A stretch of 44,450 bases of DNA from a virus: positions 1 to 44,450 of the IMG/VR virus record IMGVR_UViG_3300011005_000524; one strand, written 5' to 3'. The position numbers were made by a program, and so were the translations under genes. Shown here piece after piece: positions 23,599-31,507 of this stretch; the stretch's first letter is position 1; each line of letters opens with the position of its first letter. The notes below the pieces were generated by a model that worked only from the letters and a program-made list of their open reading frames with translations, made no database searches and was not told the DNA's origin.

Positions 23599-24246
23599 CT
23601 ATTCAAGTGTGGCGTTGGGGTTCTGTTCCAAATACGCACACAATTCATCATAGTTCATTTTGCTTGTGTCAATTTCCGCTCCGGGCTTCTGTTCAGAAGA
23701 TGCACCGGGCTGAAATCCTTTGAAGGTCTGTTTCTGCTGACCGCCCTGTTCCTGAACCTCAAACAAGAACTTTGTGCCTTCATCCGCAACCAACTTGTCA
23801 ATCTGTTCTTTCAGACCCTTGATTGAACCGTCTTTGTCAATCTTGGCATCCGTCAGATCAAGCAATGCACGGACTGCTTTGATGTTCTTTGCTCCGGCTT
23901 CAGTCAGTGCCTTTTCAACTGCACTGTCAACCTTCATCTGTGTGATCTCTGCTGCATGGGCTTCATCCTTGGCTTTGTTTTCAGCCTGAAGGGTTTCAAT
24001 CTGCTTCTGCAAATCCTCATTATCCCCGGCTGACTTCTTCAGTCCTTCGATCTGTTTATCACGGTCTTTGACCTGACCCTTCAGGGCTTCAATTTCAGTC
24101 TGAAGGGATGCAGTTTCAGCGGATGCAACTGACTTTGCATTCTCAATGTCTGCACCATTGATCTTGATGACTGAATCAACCTGTTCCTTGGTAAGTCCTA
24201 ACGCTTCAAGTTCACTTCTTTTCATATCTTTTATCCTCACTTTCAA
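23599..24246 (-). CDS. Scaffolding protein (GP20-like coiled coil)
   Basis: ELEALGLTKEQVDSVIKINGADIENAKS plus a long heptad-rich E/K/Q region; precedes the capsid gene. Confidence 0.8.
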   Translation of the reverse strand: MKVRIKDMKRSELEALGLTKEQVDSVIKINGADIENAKSVASAETASLQTEIEALKGQVKDRDKQIEGLKKSAGDNEDLQKQIETLQAENKAKDEAHAAEITQMKVDSAVEKALTEAGAKNIKAVRALLDLTDAKIDKDGSIKGLKEQIDKLVADEGTKFLFEVQEQGGQQKQTFKGFQPGASSEQKPGAEIDTSKMNYDELCAYLEQNPNATLE

Positions 24247-24331
24247 TTACATTTTTGTACGGGGTCATTCCCACAATGATTGTTTGGTTGTGTCGGTTTT
24301 ACGCCTTGACACACTCGGCAAATGTCTATGT

Positions 24332-24347
24332 GTTAAGTTGTTTTAAC
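24332..24347. promoter_or_regulatory. Copy of the 16-bp palindrome (GTTAAGTTGTTTTAAC, 12/14)
   Basis: In the 179-nt non-coding gap upstream of the scaffold gene. Confidence 0.4.
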
Positions 24348-24384
24348 AACAAGGACTTCTAATCACTCCAATCACCTTCTTTCT

Positions 24385-24400
24385 GTAAAGAAGTCTTAAC
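24385..24400. promoter_or_regulatory. Copy of the 16-bp palindrome (GTAAAGAAGTCTTAAC, 13/14)
   Basis: 15 nt downstream (minus strand) of the terminator at 24436-24416. Confidence 0.5.
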
Positions 24401-24415
24401 TTCAAGGGCAAAAGA

Positions 24416-24436
24416 AAAGCACCCGTTAGGTGCTTT
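24416..24436 (-). terminator. Intrinsic terminator inside the head-gene block (overlaps the stop codon of the 82-aa gene)
   Basis: Minus strand reads AAAGCACC-TAACG-GGTGCTTT followed by TCTTTTG. Confidence 0.6.
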
Positions 24437-24674
24437 GAGAATGATATTTTTTGCTTCTTTCAGCAACATATTCATTCACTTCATCTTGTTTTTCTTTTGG
24501 CATTCTTTGCCATTGTGATTCACGAAGAAAAGAACATGAAGAAACATCTGTCGGCACAAATGGCTTCTTCATCGGTGGTTCAACCGCATGACACAATTCA
24601 GGGTTCTTGTCTTTGAAATGACATTCCCCACATATTTTCTTCATGTTTGGGTCATCCCATGAAAAATTACTCAT
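24426..24674 (-). CDS. Small Cys-containing protein (82 aa); candidate immunity/partner of the upstream ART toxin domain
   Basis: Overlaps the MuF-ART gene by 8 nt (translational coupling); CGECHF...C...C pattern; no family recognised. Confidence 0.5.
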   Translation of the reverse strand: MSNFSWDDPNMKKICGECHFKDKNPELCHAVEPPMKKPFVPTDVSSCSFLRESQWQRMPKEKQDEVNEYVAERSKKYHSQST

Positions 24675-26511
24675 CTGTAATCACCTCACACCAAACTTTC
24701 AAATCTTGTTCATCGGGGAACAACGGATTGTTTCTGTATTCTGCATCAATTATCCTATATGTGTAGCCCCTTTGCAACAAAAATTCTCTTTCAAGTTCAT
24801 TATGTGCTTCTTGTGCAATATATGCCCCGTGCGTCCCAGTTGGAACTTTAATGAACAATTCACATTGTGTTGCGCCCACACCGCTGAAACCACCTTCCAT
24901 CAACGGTGATGTTGCCGTAAATCCGGCATCTGAAAATTCTTGACCAATTAAAACAGTTGGATCAGATTTCCAATCACCAACCATTTTTTCAAAAATGTGC
25001 TTTGTTCCTGTTCCTCTATGAACTATCATTTCTTCAGTGGTTTGAACTTTGTTCAAAACACTTTCAATATCATGTGCTGCCTTCTTTGAAATGTCATCCA
25101 CATTTATACCATATCTCAAATACCTATTTATGTTTGCAAATGTTTCACCCGTCCAAAGATTCAAAGCACCAAGTTCTTCATCTGTTGCAACATTCAACAA
25201 ATGATCAACCATAGGTTGCATCTTTTCTTCCGTTTGTGACGCAAGAATCGTTTCCCAACCTTTAGCGTCTTTTGATAATTCTTTCAAAATTGCTTTTTCA
25301 TCCAAGTTGGTTATTTTCTGCAATTCCGACCATTTCATCAAATCTTCAGAAGAACCTTTCAACATAATGTTGGTTACATTTCCGTATTGCTTCAATAAAT
25401 CAACCTGTTCATCAAAAGCATTTTGATATTCTTCAGAAACAGAATGTTCAACTTCGTTCAATCCTGACTTATCACCACCGTCAACAAATTTTTCTTTCCA
25501 CTGCTTATAGGTCATATCAGCCGGAACATGATATGTCTTTCCGTCCTCACCCCTTGCAGCTCTTTCACCAACTGAACCAAAGTCATCTTCAAAATATGGA
25601 ACAGTGGTTGTTCTGCAATACACATGAAAAGGCGGTGCGGTGACACCAACTTCCCATTGCGACATAGGAAAATGCTTTCCGTCCATATCCTGACAGATTT
25701 CAGAAGTGTGTGAATCCAAGGTTGCGACAATCTCAAATTCTTCAACATCCAGTTCATTGAAACAGTCTTTTTGTGCAGCACTGGAAAAGAATGCTTCTTC
25801 CGTCATGACAAGCCTTCCGGCATTTGCCTTTGATGTGTTCATCTTTTTGGCAATCGCATCAATGGCTTTCTGTGGGTCTTGACCAAGCACAATATTCTGT
25901 GTCAGGGTTTGGTTCAGTTCATTCACCAACTTCTGACGATTTCCCCATACACGGGAAGAAAAATTTGCACCGTCAGCAGCCCACGGTTTATTGATGACCT
26001 TGCTGATCGTCTTGTCATCCAGTGTGGCAAAATCCCAACCAACACCCACGCCCCTTTGAATTTCATAGGCGGTGCGGTAATACCCGGACTTGTAAACTTC
26101 ACGCATGGTCTGATCCAGTGTGTCAAGCTGATCCCCAAACATCACTTCAAGGGATTGTTGGGTTTGCAGTTTCAGGGCTTCAAGCCGGGATATGTGAAAC
26201 CGGGCTGAAGCATTTTCCAGTTCCTTGATCCACTGACCATTGATTGCATTGTCCTGACCATATCTGATGTATTCCTGAACATCCCATTTCAGTTCTGCAA
26301 GTTCTTTTGCATTCAACATCCGCTTTGCTTCAGCAAGGGTGATCCCATTGTTGGATGCAAAGCGACCATACCAAGCATTGATTTGTGATTCAATGCGTCT
26401 TTGCGCCCGTCTATACTGATCTTCAATTTCAGCATATGCCTGTGCGCCCGTATGATGTTGGGACTGTTCAATCAGTTCAAAACGCTTTTTCCAATATTCC
26501 GAAGATTTCAT
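24667..26511 (-). CDS. Minor head protein (SPP1 gp7 / Mu F family) fused to a C-terminal ADP-ribosyltransferase toxin domain
   Basis: MuF-like: VATLDSHTSEICQDMDGKHF...PPFHVYCRTT. ART R-S-E triad candidates: MIVHRGTG, GFTATSPL, ELEREFLLQRG. Confidence 0.8.
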   Translation of the reverse strand: MKSSEYWKKRFELIEQSQHHTGAQAYAEIEDQYRRAQRRIESQINAWYGRFASNNGITLAEAKRMLNAKELAELKWDVQEYIRYGQDNAINGQWIKELENASARFHISRLEALKLQTQQSLEVMFGDQLDTLDQTMREVYKSGYYRTAYEIQRGVGVGWDFATLDDKTISKVINKPWAADGANFSSRVWGNRQKLVNELNQTLTQNIVLGQDPQKAIDAIAKKMNTSKANAGRLVMTEEAFFSSAAQKDCFNELDVEEFEIVATLDSHTSEICQDMDGKHFPMSQWEVGVTAPPFHVYCRTTTVPYFEDDFGSVGERAARGEDGKTYHVPADMTYKQWKEKFVDGGDKSGLNEVEHSVSEEYQNAFDEQVDLLKQYGNVTNIMLKGSSEDLMKWSELQKITNLDEKAILKELSKDAKGWETILASQTEEKMQPMVDHLLNVATDEELGALNLWTGETFANINRYLRYGINVDDISKKAAHDIESVLNKVQTTEEMIVHRGTGTKHIFEKMVGDWKSDPTVLIGQEFSDAGFTATSPLMEGGFSGVGATQCELFIKVPTGTHGAYIAQEAHNELEREFLLQRGYTYRIIDAEYRNNPLFPDEQDLKVWCEVITDE

Positions 26512-28046
26512 TCATCATCACCACCCTTTTTGTCATCAGGGTTTTCAGGATCATCCTGATTGTCTTTATCCTGATTCTGACCAAAAGGGTTGTATTGCAG
26601 CATTTCTTCTTGCTGCTTCTTTTTCTGTTCTTCCAACCGTTCCATTTCCTTTTGCGGATCGTCCACCCAAGGATGCATCGAGATGATCGTTTCATCAGAA
26701 ATGATCCCAACTGACTTCATGCAGTTGTCGATGACCTCTGTTTCATTGATCAGGATGTCACGGTTGAATATGACTTGAACTTCTTCACCCTCAAAATCAC
26801 CAAAGCCGTTGTTTGCAAGGTGTGCGTTGACGAACCAAAGAATATCATCAAATGCAGCTTGATATTCCGTTTCTGTATCATTCGCATCAATATCAATGTC
26901 GGAATACATTGATTGAATGTTCATCTGATTCGGATTCCCGGCAAGCCTGTCATCCTTGGCATCATAGCCCATTGCATTTTCAATCAGGGCTTTCTTGAAC
27001 AGTTCAAGAATAGCCTTGTAATTGTCAGCATTGATTGTGATTTCAAGCGTTTCAACACCGCCCTTTGCAGAATCATCATTCCTGACTTTGACCGCACCAA
27101 AAGTTGCAAGATTCTTTCTGAACTCTCCAAGGTTTTCACCGTCATAGTTCTTCAGAATCAGGATTGTGTTCCTTGCGTCCTCTTGCATATTGTTTTCAAA
27201 GTCGGACAACATGATGTTGATTCCGTCCTGAAGGGATTTCACTTTCTTCAGCAGCGGTGTTTCTGTTTCATTCACCTTCAACGGAATCAGCGGAATCCTT
27301 GACCAGTTGAACCCCGTCACATTTCCCTGACTGTCAATCATTGTGACATGGGGTGCATCCGGGCTTTCATTGTTCACAATGTCCGGGATCAGTTTGCCCC
27401 GGTCATAGATGAACCGATGAACACCGTCAAGATCATACACTTCAACCTTCTTGATGATTGTTGGCGTTGTGCCTTCATATCCGATTACAATATACATTCT
27501 GATTGCAAAATCAAGTTCAGTATGTTCATTGTCCTTCCAAAAAGGTTTGATTTCATAGGACGGGAAAAGCCTGAAGGAAAATTCCCCCGTTTCCGTGTAA
27601 TACGGATATAACCAAGCAATACCGCCGTTGTATGCGTACTTGCCCGAATTTTTGATCACCTTCATGAACTTTTTGTTGAACACTTGCTTCAGCAGTTCAA
27701 GATATTGATCATTTTCACCGCTGAAGGTTATAGGCTGACCGAACAGATAGTTTGTTTTTTGATTCACCATCTTTGCATACTGGTTATCAATGTTCAGGTT
27801 GTTCGGTAAGTTATCCACGACCTGAAGTTTTCCATCAGCTCCGATCATGGTTCTTTTTCTTCGCAAGATGTCATGCTCATTGTCATAATACAAAAAGCCT
27901 TTGATCTGCATGATGCGCTTCGGGGAACTTTCCCATTTTTGGATTTCCTTTTCAAGAAATTCCCGGTCAGTCATCCTTGAATGAACCCCTTGCAGTATGA
28001 AGTTGCTGACACGCAAGGTCAGCCCGTCTATAAGGTTGCTGAACAC
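26508..28046 (-). CDS. Portal protein (SPP1 gp6-like)
   Basis: ORF 26508..28082. Lies between terL and the MuF gene. Probable GTG start at 28046, 7 nt after AAAGGGGTGA. The ORF-track ATG lies inside the hairpin at 28082-28113. Confidence 0.8.
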   Translation of the reverse strand: MFSNLIDGLTLRVSNFILQGVHSRMTDREFLEKEIQKWESSPKRIMQIKGFLYYDNEHDILRRKRTMIGADGKLQVVDNLPNNLNIDNQYAKMVNQKTNYLFGQPITFSGENDQYLELLKQVFNKKFMKVIKNSGKYAYNGGIAWLYPYYTETGEFSFRLFPSYEIKPFWKDNEHTELDFAIRMYIVIGYEGTTPTIIKKVEVYDLDGVHRFIYDRGKLIPDIVNNESPDAPHVTMIDSQGNVTGFNWSRIPLIPLKVNETETPLLKKVKSLQDGINIMLSDFENNMQEDARNTILILKNYDGENLGEFRKNLATFGAVKVRNDDSAKGGVETLEITINADNYKAILELFKKALIENAMGYDAKDDRLAGNPNQMNIQSMYSDIDIDANDTETEYQAAFDDILWFVNAHLANNGFGDFEGEEVQVIFNRDILINETEVIDNCMKSVGIISDETIISMHPWVDDPQKEMERLEEQKKKQQEEMLQYNPFGQNQDKDNQDDPENPDDKKGGDDE

Positions 28047-28081
28047 TGGTTGTTCACCCCTTTCATTGCATAATATAAACA

Positions 28082-28113
28082 AAACCGCCTTGTTCCTTTT
28101 GGTTCAGGCGGTT
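28082..28113 (-). terminator. Hairpin plus T-rich tract between terL and the portal gene
   Basis: AAACCGCCT (28082-28090) / AGGCGGTTT (28105-28113). On the minus strand it is followed by TGTTTATATT. Confidence 0.5.
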
Positions 28114-28115
28114 TG

Positions 28116-28133
28116 TGTTACTAATTTGTTACT
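28116..28133 (-). repeat. 18-mer AGTAACAAATTAGTAACA, copy 3 of 3 (inverted); overlaps the terL stop codon
   Basis: Plus strand reads TGTTACTAATTTGTTACT, the exact reverse complement of 4637-4654. Confidence 0.9.
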
Positions 28134-29463
28134 ATTCAAAACTGAATGCATCACCACGGCTGAAATCTTCAAGTGCATATCGCATTGCATCCATCAGGTG
28201 ATTGAAGTCATCAACGGGTCTGTTCAATTTCTTCCCGGTCTTTGTATCGGTGTCCCATTGATAATTGCCGATTTCCGTCAGGAAGTTCACACACCTTGGA
28301 TGAACAAAAATGTGATAGTCCTGAATGAAATCAATACCGTTGTTGATGCTATCCTTGCCTTTTCGGGCTTTTCCGATTCCCTTCAAACCAAGTTCACGCA
28401 AGCGGTCAATGCTCTTTGGTTCAGCAGCATCAGCAGTGATCTTTTCTTTCAGATACCCCATGCGTTCAACTTCTTTTGCAATGGCTTCATTGCTCATGCC
28501 GGGCTTATACATTTCATCAAAAACCCAAATAGTTTTGCTTGCCGTGTCAATGAATCCGCAAAACAGGGCTGAAGGATCGTTTGTATATCCAAAGTCCAAA
28601 CCGAACACGGTTTTGACACCCTTGATCTGCTTGACTTCATCCACGCTGAAAAGTTTTTCTTCCCAGTTCTCATATACAAGCCCGTCAACAATACCCCAGT
28701 CACCAAGTCCGGCAACTTTATAACGCCGGGGGTTTCTGATCCGCATTGTTTCAAAAACTTTCCTGTCTGCTGCATCCAACCATTCATTGCATTTGTAGTT
28801 GGTTGTCAAGGCAAGTATTTCATCATCAGGCTTGTCAAAAAACCGCTTTTTCAACCAATGGTGTTCATTCCACGGGTTGAATGTCAGTGTGATCTGCTTG
28901 AACAGTCCTTCCAGGCATTCACCACGGATTGATTCATCAAGCATATTGAAATCATCTTCCGTGCTGATCTCATAGGCTTCTTCAATCCACATCCAACACA
29001 AAACACCGTGTTCAACCGTGATTGAAGTGACTTTCAGGGGATCATCAAGTCCCCGGAAATATATCTTTTGCCCGGTTGGTTTGTATGTCATTTCAAGGGG
29101 ACTTTCTTTGATGTCCCAATGTGCATCAACCCCAAGCCTATGAATAGCCCATTTCAGTTCTGTAAAACAGGAATCCTTCAGGGTTCTGAAGGTCTTTCTG
29201 ATGACAAGGGTATTTGCATCAGGGTATTTCATCATGTTGGTGATGAACCACAAAGCCGTTGTTTTTGACTTCTTTGATGCACGGCTACCCTTTACCGCTC
29301 TATATCTACCTTTGAACCGCCAAAATGAACCGTAGCCTTTCCCGACTACTTCAGGAAGGTTGTATCTTCTAACTGAACGCTTGGCTGAATAATGTTCAGG
29401 ATAATAAAGCCGTTTCTGATAGTCGAATACATATTGACTGCTAATCTTCAAGGCTTTCTTCAC
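28132..29463 (-). CDS. terL: Terminase large subunit (PBSX/Terminase_3-like)
   Basis: Walker A-like KGSRASKKSKT; WIEEAYE (Walker B-like); C-terminal nuclease region VFGLDFGYTNDP...HLMDAMRYAL. Confidence 0.9.
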   Translation of the reverse strand: MKKALKISSQYVFDYQKRLYYPEHYSAKRSVRRYNLPEVVGKGYGSFWRFKGRYRAVKGSRASKKSKTTALWFITNMMKYPDANTLVIRKTFRTLKDSCFTELKWAIHRLGVDAHWDIKESPLEMTYKPTGQKIYFRGLDDPLKVTSITVEHGVLCWMWIEEAYEISTEDDFNMLDESIRGECLEGLFKQITLTFNPWNEHHWLKKRFFDKPDDEILALTTNYKCNEWLDAADRKVFETMRIRNPRRYKVAGLGDWGIVDGLVYENWEEKLFSVDEVKQIKGVKTVFGLDFGYTNDPSALFCGFIDTASKTIWVFDEMYKPGMSNEAIAKEVERMGYLKEKITADAAEPKSIDRLRELGLKGIGKARKGKDSINNGIDFIQDYHIFVHPRCVNFLTEIGNYQWDTDTKTGKKLNRPVDDFNHLMDAMRYALEDFSRGDAFSFE

Positions 29464-29947
29464 CGCTGATCACAACAGGAATGTTGACATTGACTTCAGC
29501 CTTGTCATCCCACATTCCCAAATGTTTTCCAAGCAGTTCAAGGGCTTTCATCTTCGATGCAAATTTGACTTCCCTTTCTTCACTGCTTCCTGTGTCGGTG
29601 TCAGATCGTTTGTATTTCATTCCTTCGATGCAAGCAAGATCATCTGCACTTGCCCCTGAAAGAATGCTTCCATCAGACAGATCAACCACATCTGCAACAT
29701 TGACAAAAGCAATCTTGGCAAGTTCAAGCACAACACGATCCTGACTGATCCCGGTGCGCTTTGATCGTTCAGCCATAGCCTTTCCAACTGCTGCTTGGAT
29801 GTTAGGTTTTGTCAAGTTTTCGCAACCTATCGCACGGGCTGAATCAACGCTATATCCGGCACGAATAGCAGCTTGTGTTTCATTCAGATCAATCAGATAT
29901 TCATCTACGAATTTTTTCTGTTTTGCGGTCAATTTCTTCCCTGACAT
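29441..29947 (-). CDS. terS: Terminase small subunit (Terminase_2-like)
   Basis: MSGKKLTAKQKKFVDEYLIDLNETQAAIRAGYS...NLTKPNIQAAV. The ORF-track GTG start (29980) has no SD and abuts the terminator. Confidence 0.85.
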   Translation of the reverse strand: MSGKKLTAKQKKFVDEYLIDLNETQAAIRAGYSVDSARAIGCENLTKPNIQAAVGKAMAERSKRTGISQDRVVLELAKIAFVNVADVVDLSDGSILSGASADDLACIEGMKYKRSDTDTGSSEEREVKFASKMKALELLGKHLGMWDDKAEVNVNIPVVISGEESLED

Positions 29948-29987
29948 AGCAGTTTTCATCCCCTTTCTTGACAAAATCACACGAAAA

Positions 29988-30018
29988 AAGCCCGGTGAAG
30001 CGTCACTTTCACGGGCTT
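29988..30018 (-). terminator. Strong intrinsic terminator between the late regulator gene and terS
   Basis: Minus strand reads AAGCCCGTGAA-AGTGACGC-TTCACCGGGCTT followed by TTTTTTCG (11 bp with one bulge). Confidence 0.7.
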
Positions 30019-30086
30019 GATGTTTAATATTTCTTGAACTAAAAAATAAAAGTATTTTTATTTTTTACTATATCTATACACAATAT

Positions 30087-30115
30087 ACTTTATCAGACAT
30101 GACTTGTTAAGTCAA
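30087..30115 (-). promoter_or_regulatory. Candidate late promoter TTGACT-17 nt-TAAAGT; the -35 is embedded in the palindrome GACTTGTTAAGTC (30101-30113)
   Basis: Read on the minus strand in the AT-rich gap downstream of the regulator gene. Confidence 0.35.
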
Positions 30116-30121
30116 ATACAC

Positions 30122-30553
30122 TCAACAATACTTTGATAGGTTTTTATATGTTGCATCAAAATTCTTCAGGGCTTTCTTGTGAAGTTCCAGTATGTACGAA
30201 TATGACAAGTCCATTTCTTCAGCACTTTCCTTCAGGGTCTTATACTGAACATACAGTTTGAACAATATCTGAATGTGCTTGATGTTATCAAGTCCCTGAA
30301 TCTGACCGATGATTATTTCCCGGACTTCTGCAAACCTTGCAATTTCCTTGTTCAGTTTTTGTTCAAAGTCAACCCTTCGGATCACCTGTTCTTCAAGTGG
30401 ACTTCCGCAGATAGAATTTTGAACCTTGTCTTTATCATAACGGATTGCACCGCAAGATTCGGCTTGCAACCTCATATTTTCAAGCATTTCCTTCTTCTGT
30501 TCAATCCGTAGTTCTAACACCTGAAGCTGATCTAAATAACCCTTTGCTTTCAT
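30122..30553 (-). CDS. Late-gene transcriptional regulator (sigma-70 region-4-like, DUF1492 / RinA / ArpU superfamily)
   Basis: YLDQLQVLELRIEQKKEMLENMRLQA...DKVQNS...ILFKLYVQYKTLKESAEEMDLSYSYILELHKKALKNF. Immediately upstream of terS, as is usual for this superfamily. Confidence 0.7.
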   Translation of the reverse strand: MKAKGYLDQLQVLELRIEQKKEMLENMRLQAESCGAIRYDKDKVQNSICGSPLEEQVIRRVDFEQKLNKEIARFAEVREIIIGQIQGLDNIKHIQILFKLYVQYKTLKESAEEMDLSYSYILELHKKALKNFDATYKNLSKYC

Positions 30554-30603
30554 TTGTTCGTTCCCGTCCTTTCCTATCGTATCATGTCTGATTTTTTACA
30601 AAA

Positions 30604-30952
30604 GGTAACGGTTCATAAAAACAACCGATACCGTCAGCATTTACAAGACTTTTCACCTGATTTCATATTCCTTTGGTAACGGTTGGTAACTGTTGAACTT
30701 TTGCAACCGCTACCTATCAAACACCGCACAAATATTGACTTTGTTTGTTCAAGTATCTGTTGGTAACGGTTGCGCCCCTATATTTACTATTATTTATATT
30801 TTTTTATTATTTTCTTATGCCTAATATAGTAAATATTTTTTTATTTCTATAAAGAAGTTACATTTAACAGTTACCAACCGTTACTGCCTTGAAAATACTG
30901 CATTTTCAACCGCTACCTTTAACCGCTACCAACCGTTACCTGAACCGTTACC
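30604..30952. repeat. Element B: two GGTAAC...GNTACC inverted modules (30604-30632, 30675-30714), then GGTAAC (30762), an ~90-bp AT-rich core and 6 inverted GTTACC/GCTACC/GTTACT repeats (30870-30952)
   Basis: Read directly. 30762-30952 is homologous to and co-oriented with element A (2799-2991). The last repeats encode the C-terminus (...WSGNGSGNGW) of the gene at 30926..31270. Confidence 0.85.
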
Positions 30953-31270
30953 ACTCCAAAAAACACCCATCTCATAATGCAGCACTTCAATTTTATGTGC
31001 GAAAGCAAACCCACATTCCTGATTTGCTCCCCGTGACTTTTCCCAACCGGGCATGAAGAATATCTTTCCGCAATGTGACAACAGTTCAAAGCAGACTTTC
31101 ATGATTTCTTCATGTTCCCAACTGCTGATTGACTTGCAGATATGAAAAGGATTCACCACTTCATACCCATGACTTGCAAGCATCTTTTCCCATTCTGCAA
31201 ATCTTTCTGCTGCATCGTCCGTCCCGGTCACTGCTCCTGATAAATAAACCCGATCACTTTTCATCTGCAT
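30926..31270 (-). CDS. DUF4406-like protein (nucleoside 2-deoxyribosyltransferase-like fold)
   Basis: VYLSGAVTG...NPF...MKVCFELLSHCGKIFFMPGWEKSRGANQECGFA matches the recalled DUF4406 pattern. Confidence 0.7.
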   Translation of the reverse strand: MQMKSDRVYLSGAVTGTDDAAERFAEWEKMLASHGYEVVNPFHICKSISSWEHEEIMKVCFELLSHCGKIFFMPGWEKSRGANQECGFAFAHKIEVLHYEMGVFWSGNGSGNGW

Positions 31271-31487
31271 TTACCTCTTCCGCATTGCTGACAATAATAT
31301 GAATAGTTGTATAGTTCAGTTCAGACCGTTCAAACCACTTGATCACATCAAGATCACCGTGACGGTCAACACATTCTTCAGCGGTCAGGCGGTCAATCAA
31401 CTGGTCAAAATCATCATAAAGGGAAACATACAGATAATCCCGACAACCATATTTCACATGACCCTTTACTAAATCCCTGATTTTCAT
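31254..31487 (-). CDS. Hypothetical protein (77 aa)
   Basis: Co-oriented ORF overlapping the downstream gene by 17 nt. Confidence 0.5.
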   Translation of the reverse strand: MKIRDLVKGHVKYGCRDYLYVSLYDDFDQLIDRLTAEECVDRHGDLDVIKWFERSELNYTTIHIIVSNAEEVNADEK

Positions 31488-31507
31488 TTCCTGTCACCAT
31501 TTCCTTT

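Noticed and set aside
28047-28082. The ORF-track ATG at 28082 as the portal start
   Set aside because: That ATG lies inside the hairpin at 28082-28113 and has no SD. An in-frame GTG at 28046 follows AAAGGGGTGA at proper spacing. The start remains uncertain, and the ATG at the MTDREF position is an alternative.
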